Origin: Chloroflexota bacterium
GTDB lineage: Bacteria > Chloroflexota > UBA11872 > VXOZ01
Reading direction: 5' to 3'
DNA: 64,000 bases
Assembly: GCA_963663275.1 (NCBI GenBank)
Contig: OY760183.1
Coordinates: forward strand, 2,560,001 to 2,624,000
This document shows positions 58,931 through 64,000 of the stretch, piece after piece; positions within the stretch are counted from its first letter, which is position 1, and every line of letters begins with the position of its first letter. The notes below the pieces were generated by a model. The model saw nothing but the letters and a program-made list of their open reading frames with translations, was not told where the DNA came from and searched no databases. Both the position numbers and the translations under genes were made by a program.

Positions 58931-59160
58931 AGTGGCGTCCTTCCGTAGAGTGGATGCTCGTTACGGCTACTGGGGGCGGCTTGAGGCGTAACGGTACCGA
59001 ATCCTTCGCGGTTTCACGGCACTTCACAAGCCGTGACTAAATGTTCATCGACCGTACGGTAATCCCCCGGAGTGCAACTTAACGGAGCGGTGTCTTAGCA
59101 AAGAGCAGGAAATCGAGCGTAGTTACGTCAACTAACGTGCTCGTTAAGTGAATCGCCCAT
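58931..59160 (+). ncRNA. unidentified ~230-nt structured intergenic RNA candidate
   Basis: no ORF in the track; extended -10 TGcTACGAT just upstream; several nested stems (see findings). Confidence 0.4.
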
Positions 59161-59221
59161 CTGGTCTTACAGCGCGAAAAACCCGTGTGGCGCGCGCGGC
59201 AGCGCATCTAAGGAGAAGTCG

Positions 59222-62185
59222 GTGTCAAAGCACTTGAAGTCAACGCTATTTGGCGTCTTGCTCGCACTGCTGTCGGTAGTGCTCGTAGCGTGCAGCGTAC
59301 AGCCTGCGCCAATGCCCGTCGTGGAGCCCACGGCAACGACCGCGCCAGTTCCCACCGCAGTTCCCACGCCCGCGCCTACCGCTGAACCCGAAGCGCCCAC
59401 TCCGGCGCCGGTTGCGGAGCTAACGCCCGATTCGGTCTTGCCGCTTGACCCGGTGGTGACGCACGGCACCCTGACCAACGGCATGACCTACTACATCCGG
59501 CACAACGAAGAGCCCAAGAACCGGGTGCAGTTGATGATGGTCGTGCACGCCGGTTCGGTGCTGGAAGAAGAATCGGAGCGCGGCCTGGCGCACTTCGTCG
59601 AGCACATGGCCTTCAACGGCACCGAACGCTTTGAAAAGCAGCAGATCGTCGACTACCTCGAATCAATCGGCGTCAACTTTGGGCCGGACCTCAACGCCTC
59701 CACCGGTTTCGATACCACCACGTATTTTATCGAAGTGCCGACGGATGACGCCGAAGGCCTGGAGACCGCGTTCCAGATTCTCAGCGACTGGGCCTATGCC
59801 ATTTCCTTCGACCCGGAGGAAGTGGATAAGGAACGCGGCGTGGTCATCGAGGAATGGCGCACCAGACTGGGCTACGGCGACCGCTTCCTCAACCATTGGA
59901 TACCCCTGGTATTCGGCGCGTCGCGCTACACCGACCGGCTGCCTATCGGCCTCCTGGAAGTCCTGGAGAACGCGACGGCTGACGATCTGCGTGGATTCTA
60001 CGAACGCTGGTACCGCCCCAATCTGATGGCCGTGGTGGTCGTGGGCGATATCGACGTTGCCGAAATGGAAGCCGCGGTGAAACGCCATTTTGCGCCGCAG
60101 CCGGAAGGGGAGGCCATGCAAGCCCGCGCCGCCATCCAGCCGCCGACGGAACGGCCCCGCTACGAGGTGCCGAGCCACGCTGAGCCGCGCGTGACCGTGT
60201 TTGCCGACCCCGAGGCTACGAGCACAAGCACGTTCATCGTGCGCACAATTCCCTCTGGGTACGGCGTGACGCTTTCAGCCTACCGGGACATTCTGATCGA
60301 GCGGCTGTCCTTCATGATGTTCAATGCACGGCTCTTCGAACTAAGCCGCACCCCGAGTCCACCCTATCTTGGCGCCAACTCTTACCGCAGCGGCCTGGCC
60401 GACACGGCGGACATCGTTGTCTTTGGGGTTGGCACTGAAAAGGACGGAGTTGAAACCGGCCTCAACGCGATGCTCGAGGAGTTGCAGCGGGTGCGCCAGC
60501 ATGGCTTTACCGCTTCCGAACTGGATCGCGAGAAAGCCAATCTGCTCAGCCAAATGGAAAGTTACTACGAGAGGCGCGGCCAACTGGAATCCAGGGCGCT
60601 CGCCCAGGAATATGTCGAGCACTTCTTGAGCGCCACGGTGGCGCCGGGCGTCGAGATGGAGTGGGAATTGACCCAATTCCTCCTGCCGCAGATTACCTTG
60701 AATGAAGTCGACGCCTTGATGGCCTTCTGGACTGAACCCGGCAATACCGTGCTCCTCGTCACCGGTCCCGAAGACATCGGATCCGGCGCCAAAGACGAGT
60801 TGAAAGCCGCGGTAGCGCAGCAACTTGCCGCCGCGCACACGCTGGAAGTGGCGGGCTATGAAGATGAAGCCGCCGGCCAAACACTCCTGGCGGACATTCC
60901 AGCCGCCGGCTCAATCACGGAGGAACAGCAAATCGATTCCATCGACGCCGTGCGCTGGACGCTCTCCAATGGCATCACCGTGTTCGCCAAGCAGACCGAC
61001 TTCAATAACGACCAGGTGCTCTTCCGGTCATTCAGTCCGGGAGGGACGTCCCTCGTGTCTGACGAAGACTATATCTCGGCCACCCACGCCGCCTCACTCG
61101 TTGCCGGCAGCGGCGCCGGCCCTCACGACCAGGTGGCCTTGGAGAAACTCCTGGCCGGCAAGCGGGTCGGAGTCTCGCCGTTCATCGCTTCGCAGTTCGA
61201 GGGCTTCGCCGGCAGCGCCTCGCCGCAAGACCTGGAGACACTGTTCCAACTGATCACACTCTATGCCACCGACCCGCAAATCGACCCGGTCTATTTCGAA
61301 ACGTATGTGGACCGGCTGCGTGACTCGGCCGAGAATCGCCTCTTGGACCCGGATACGTTGTTCTTCGATGAGGTGCGGCGCATTCTCTTCCAGGATCACT
61401 ACCGGCGCCGCCCGCTCACCGTTGAGTTGCTCGGTGAACTGGACATGGAACGCGCTCTGTCCATCTATGGAGACCGTTTCGCGGACTTGGGCGACTCGAC
61501 GTTCGTCTTCGTCGGCGCTTTCGATTGGGACGCGCTGCGCTCATTGACCGAGACGTACCTGGCCAGTCTGCCCGCCTCCGGGCGCGCGGAGGAGTGGCGT
61601 GACCCCAACATAGACCCGCCCGCCACGCTCGAAGAACACGCCGTCTATTTCGGCATCGAGCCCCGGAGCACAACCATTCTCATATTCGCCGGTGACTTCG
61701 ATTGGTCCCTCGAGGAATCGCTGACGGTATCGCTCATGGGCAGGATACTCGACACGCGCCTGCGTGAAGAGATTCGCGAGGAACTCGGCGGCACGTACGG
61801 CGTAAGCGTCAGCGCCTCGACGTCTTCAATTCCGGACTCCGAATACCAGGTGTATGCCTACTTTGGCAGCGATCCCGAGCGCGTGGAGGAACTCTTTGCG
61901 GCAATCCAGCGGGAGTTGAACTGGCTCATCGACGGCGGCGAACAGAAGTATCTCGACACCGCCAAAGAGCTTCTCCGTTCGTCCCGAGAAGAGCAGGTGG
62001 AGGAGAACTCCTTCTGGCTGAACCAGATGAGGGCTGTGCTCCAGCGCGGCCAGGACTTCGACGTGATCAATCAATTCGAAGAGCGTCTGGATGCGGTGAC
62101 TCTGGAACAGGTCGCCGCCGCGGCCGAGCGCTACCTCACACTGGACCGCTACATTCGCGTGGTACTGTACCCGAAAGAGGAGTAG
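59222..62185 (+). CDS. M16 family (insulinase/PqqL-like) zinc protease, lipoprotein
   Basis: GLAHFVEHMAFNG (HxxEH), FGPDLNA.T, ERGVVIEEWR, LREEIREELGGTY; LVAC lipobox and Pro/Thr linker. Confidence 0.92.
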   Translation: MSKHLKSTLFGVLLALLSVVLVACSVQPAPMPVVEPTATTAPVPTAVPTPAPTAEPEAPTPAPVAELTPDSVLPLDPVVTHGTLTNGMTYYIRHNEEPKNRVQLMMVVHAGSVLEEESERGLAHFVEHMAFNGTERFEKQQIVDYLESIGVNFGPDLNASTGFDTTTYFIEVPTDDAEGLETAFQILSDWAYAISFDPEEVDKERGVVIEEWRTRLGYGDRFLNHWIPLVFGASRYTDRLPIGLLEVLENATADDLRGFYERWYRPNLMAVVVVGDIDVAEMEAAVKRHFAPQPEGEAMQARAAIQPPTERPRYEVPSHAEPRVTVFADPEATSTSTFIVRTIPSGYGVTLSAYRDILIERLSFMMFNARLFELSRTPSPPYLGANSYRSGLADTADIVVFGVGTEKDGVETGLNAMLEELQRVRQHGFTASELDREKANLLSQMESYYERRGQLESRALAQEYVEHFLSATVAPGVEMEWELTQFLLPQITLNEVDALMAFWTEPGNTVLLVTGPEDIGSGAKDELKAAVAQQLAAAHTLEVAGYEDEAAGQTLLADIPAAGSITEEQQIDSIDAVRWTLSNGITVFAKQTDFNNDQVLFRSFSPGGTSLVSDEDYISATHAASLVAGSGAGPHDQVALEKLLAGKRVGVSPFIASQFEGFAGSASPQDLETLFQLITLYATDPQIDPVYFETYVDRLRDSAENRLLDPDTLFFDEVRRILFQDHYRRRPLTVELLGELDMERALSIYGDRFADLGDSTFVFVGAFDWDALRSLTETYLASLPASGRAEEWRDPNIDPPATLEEHAVYFGIEPRSTTILIFAGDFDWSLEESLTVSLMGRILDTRLREEIREELGGTYGVSVSASTSSIPDSEYQVYAYFGSDPERVEELFAAIQRELNWLIDGGEQKYLDTAKELLRSSREEQVEENSFWLNQMRAVLQRGQDFDVINQFEERLDAVTLEQVAAAAERYLTLDRYIRVVLYPKEE

Positions 62186-62238
62186 CGGGCGCCTTACGTC
62201 CAGGCTACTGTCCCGGCTCCGCGGCAAAGTGGGCCTTA

Positions 62239-62412
62239 GAACCTGTTTACTATCTGCTTATGAGGGAGTTAGCAAAGCCGATAAAGACCGTTCGTGCTGA
62301 GCCTGTCGAAGCATGAACGGCTATATGCAACCTTGCGGTGGGTTCCGTTCACCCTTCGACGCGGCTCAGGGCGAACGTTCCTCGTGCAGACAGAGAGATC
62401 GTAAACAGGCTC
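62239..62412. mobile_element. 174-bp MITE-like element with TTA target duplication
   Basis: TIR GAACCTGTTTACTATCT / AGATCGTAAACAGGCTC (15/17); TTA on both sides; internal inverted pair CCGTTCGTGCTGAGCCTGTCGAAG...CTTCGACGCGGCTCAGGGCGAACG. Confidence 0.78.
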
Positions 62413-62526
62413 TTAGCGGCTGCCAGGTAGAGATTGCGCGAATCTCCCGCTCCGGAGGGCGTCCGCCGGGAGCAGGCTGCCGCCGCAACGGTTTGGCCGG
62501 CGGCGCTCACTGCCAGGAAACATCCC

Positions 62527-63645
62527 GTGAGCCAACCTGAAATCGAACAACGGATTCGCCAAGTGCTCGCCGAGTTTGAGGCGCACAGCCCGTTCTTTGC
62601 GGGCTATCCGGTGAATCAGGAATTCGACTACACCGATCTCTACCCGTTGTTGCGCTTTCCGGCGAACAACGTCGGCGATCCCTTCGGCTTCTCGCGCTAT
62701 CTGACGAACACGCATGAGACGGAGCGCGAGGTCGTGGGCGAGGTGGCCGAGTTAATGCGCCTGCCCGCGTCTGAGGCCTGGGGCTACGTCACCACCGGCG
62801 GCACGGAAGGCAACATGTACGGCATCTATCTGGGCCGCGAGTTGCTGGGAGATCCTATCGCCTACTTCTCGCAGGATACGCACTATTCCGTGCTGAAGAT
62901 CCTGCACGTGCTGAACATTCGCAACATGATGATCCGCAGCCAGGAGAACGGCGAACTGGACTACGACGACCTGCGCGAGTCGATGCGCATCAATCGCGAT
63001 TCGCCGGCGCTGATCGTGGCGAACATCGGCACCACGATGCGAGGCGCCGTAGACGACCTCGACCGCATCCACGCCATTGCCGCGGAACTGGCCCTGCCGC
63101 GTTACTACGTCCATGCCGACGCGGCGCTGAGCGGGATGATTCTGCCTTTCGTCGACGACCCGCAGCCGTTCGGCTTCGACAGCGGCATCGACAGCATCGC
63201 GATTTCGGGCCATAAGATGATCGGCTCGCCAGTGCCCTGCGGCGTGGTTGTGACGAAGAAGGAGTACCCCTCCCAGGTTGGCCGCGCTATCGAATACGTG
63301 GGCGTACTGGATACCACGCTCCTCGGCTCGCGCAGCGCGTTCACGCCCATGATTATCTGGTATGCGCTGACGAAGCACGGGCGAGAGGGCTATCGCCAGA
63401 TAGTGGCGCAGGCGCTGGACACCGCCGAGTATGCGGTGCGGCAGTTCAACGCCAACGGCATCCCCGCCTGGCGCGCGAAGAATAGTGTCACGGTTGTCTT
63501 TCCGCGCCCTTCACCGTATGTTGTCTACGAGTGGCAACTTGCGCCGCTGGAGGACATCGTGCACTTGATTACCATGCCGCACGTGACCCGGGAGATTGTC
63601 GACAAAGTCATCGCAGATTGTTTGGAGTGGACGTCAGAACAATGA
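62527..63645 (+). CDS. hdc: PLP-dependent histidine decarboxylase-like enzyme (group II)
   Basis: GYPVN..FDY, NNVGDP, WGYVT.GGTEGNMYG, HADAALSG, SIAISGHKMIGSPVPCG; GTG start 62527; serine decarboxylase not excluded. Confidence 0.82.
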   Translation: MSQPEIEQRIRQVLAEFEAHSPFFAGYPVNQEFDYTDLYPLLRFPANNVGDPFGFSRYLTNTHETEREVVGEVAELMRLPASEAWGYVTTGGTEGNMYGIYLGRELLGDPIAYFSQDTHYSVLKILHVLNIRNMMIRSQENGELDYDDLRESMRINRDSPALIVANIGTTMRGAVDDLDRIHAIAAELALPRYYVHADAALSGMILPFVDDPQPFGFDSGIDSIAISGHKMIGSPVPCGVVVTKKEYPSQVGRAIEYVGVLDTTLLGSRSAFTPMIIWYALTKHGREGYRQIVAQALDTAEYAVRQFNANGIPAWRAKNSVTVVFPRPSPYVVYEWQLAPLEDIVHLITMPHVTREIVDKVIADCLEWTSEQ

Positions 63646-64000
63646 ATCAACCCCAAGCCAACGACGCCGCGAGTGACAACCGCATCATCGTGATTGTGCC
63701 GGATGAGCCGGGCTCGCTGGCGCTCGTAACCCAAGCCCTTGCCGAAGCGGACGTCAACATCGAGTCGATCGACGGGCGCCAGATCGGTGAACTCGGCGTG
63801 ATCACGCTGCGCACCAACGACGACGACGCGGCGCTGCTGGCGCTGCTGAAGGCCAACCTGCGCGCCGTCACGTCGGATGCCGTCGTATTTTCCCTGCCGG
63901 ACCGGCCCGGCGCGCTCGCCACGGTGGCGCAGCGCTTCGGCCAACATCAGGTCAACGTGCGCACCATCCACATCCTGCACCGGCTGGCGGAGCACGCCAT
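63642..64000 (+). CDS. tandem ACT domain protein (3' truncated by window edge; absent from ORF track)
   Basis: own translation MNQPQ...VPDEPGSLALVTQALAEADVNIESI...LPDRPGALATVAQRFGQHQVNVRTI; ATGA overlap with hdc stop. Confidence 0.85.
   Translation, partial: MNQPQANDAASDNRIIVIVPDEPGSLALVTQALAEADVNIESIDGRQIGELGVITLRTNDDDAALLALLKANLRAVTSDAVVFSLPDRPGALATVAQRFGQHQVNVRTIHILHRLAEHA

Noticed and set aside
58931-59160. tmRNA, RNase P, SRP RNA or cobalamin riboswitch
   Set aside because: No tRNA-like 3' end, no GAGGAAAGTCC, no SRP helix-8 motif and no B12 box; kept only as an unidentified candidate
47789-64000. Intact prophage or integrative element at tRNA-Ala
   Set aside because: No integrase, phage or conjugation genes in the window

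Overview
GC-rich bacterial chromosomal window. Gene content and style suggest Chloroflexota, but this is inference only. The left three quarters mix housekeeping genes (pyrB-pyrC-carA-carB-pyrK, gyrB, fur, metG-tatD, polyprenyl synthase, menG, two FemABX-like transferases, htpX-pspAB, yggS-yggT-yggU-hisS) with catabolic genes (sulfatase, AAC(3)/YokD-like, three Gfo/Idh/MocA oxidoreductases in the window overall, Tat-lipoprotein solute-binding paralogs, GT4+GH57, GH4). A tRNA-Ile(GAT)/tRNA-Ala(TGC) pair sits here with no rRNA genes. It is followed by a more accessory-looking region: DUF1801, a 60-bp tandem REP array, lipoprotein peptidases, a clan AA protease, a DUF3800 RNase H-fold gene directly followed by a three-way-junction RNA-like element, a ~230-nt structured intergenic ncRNA candidate with a likely promoter, and a histidine decarboxylase coupled to a double-ACT protein. 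Intergenic DNA is rich in non-autonomous elements: two GTAG-type REP families, two other palindromic repeat families, and MITEs with terminal inverted repeats and target duplications that carry these palindromes as cargo. No transposase, integrase, rRNA or true CRISPR array was seen. All protein calls come from recognising motifs by eye, not from database searches.
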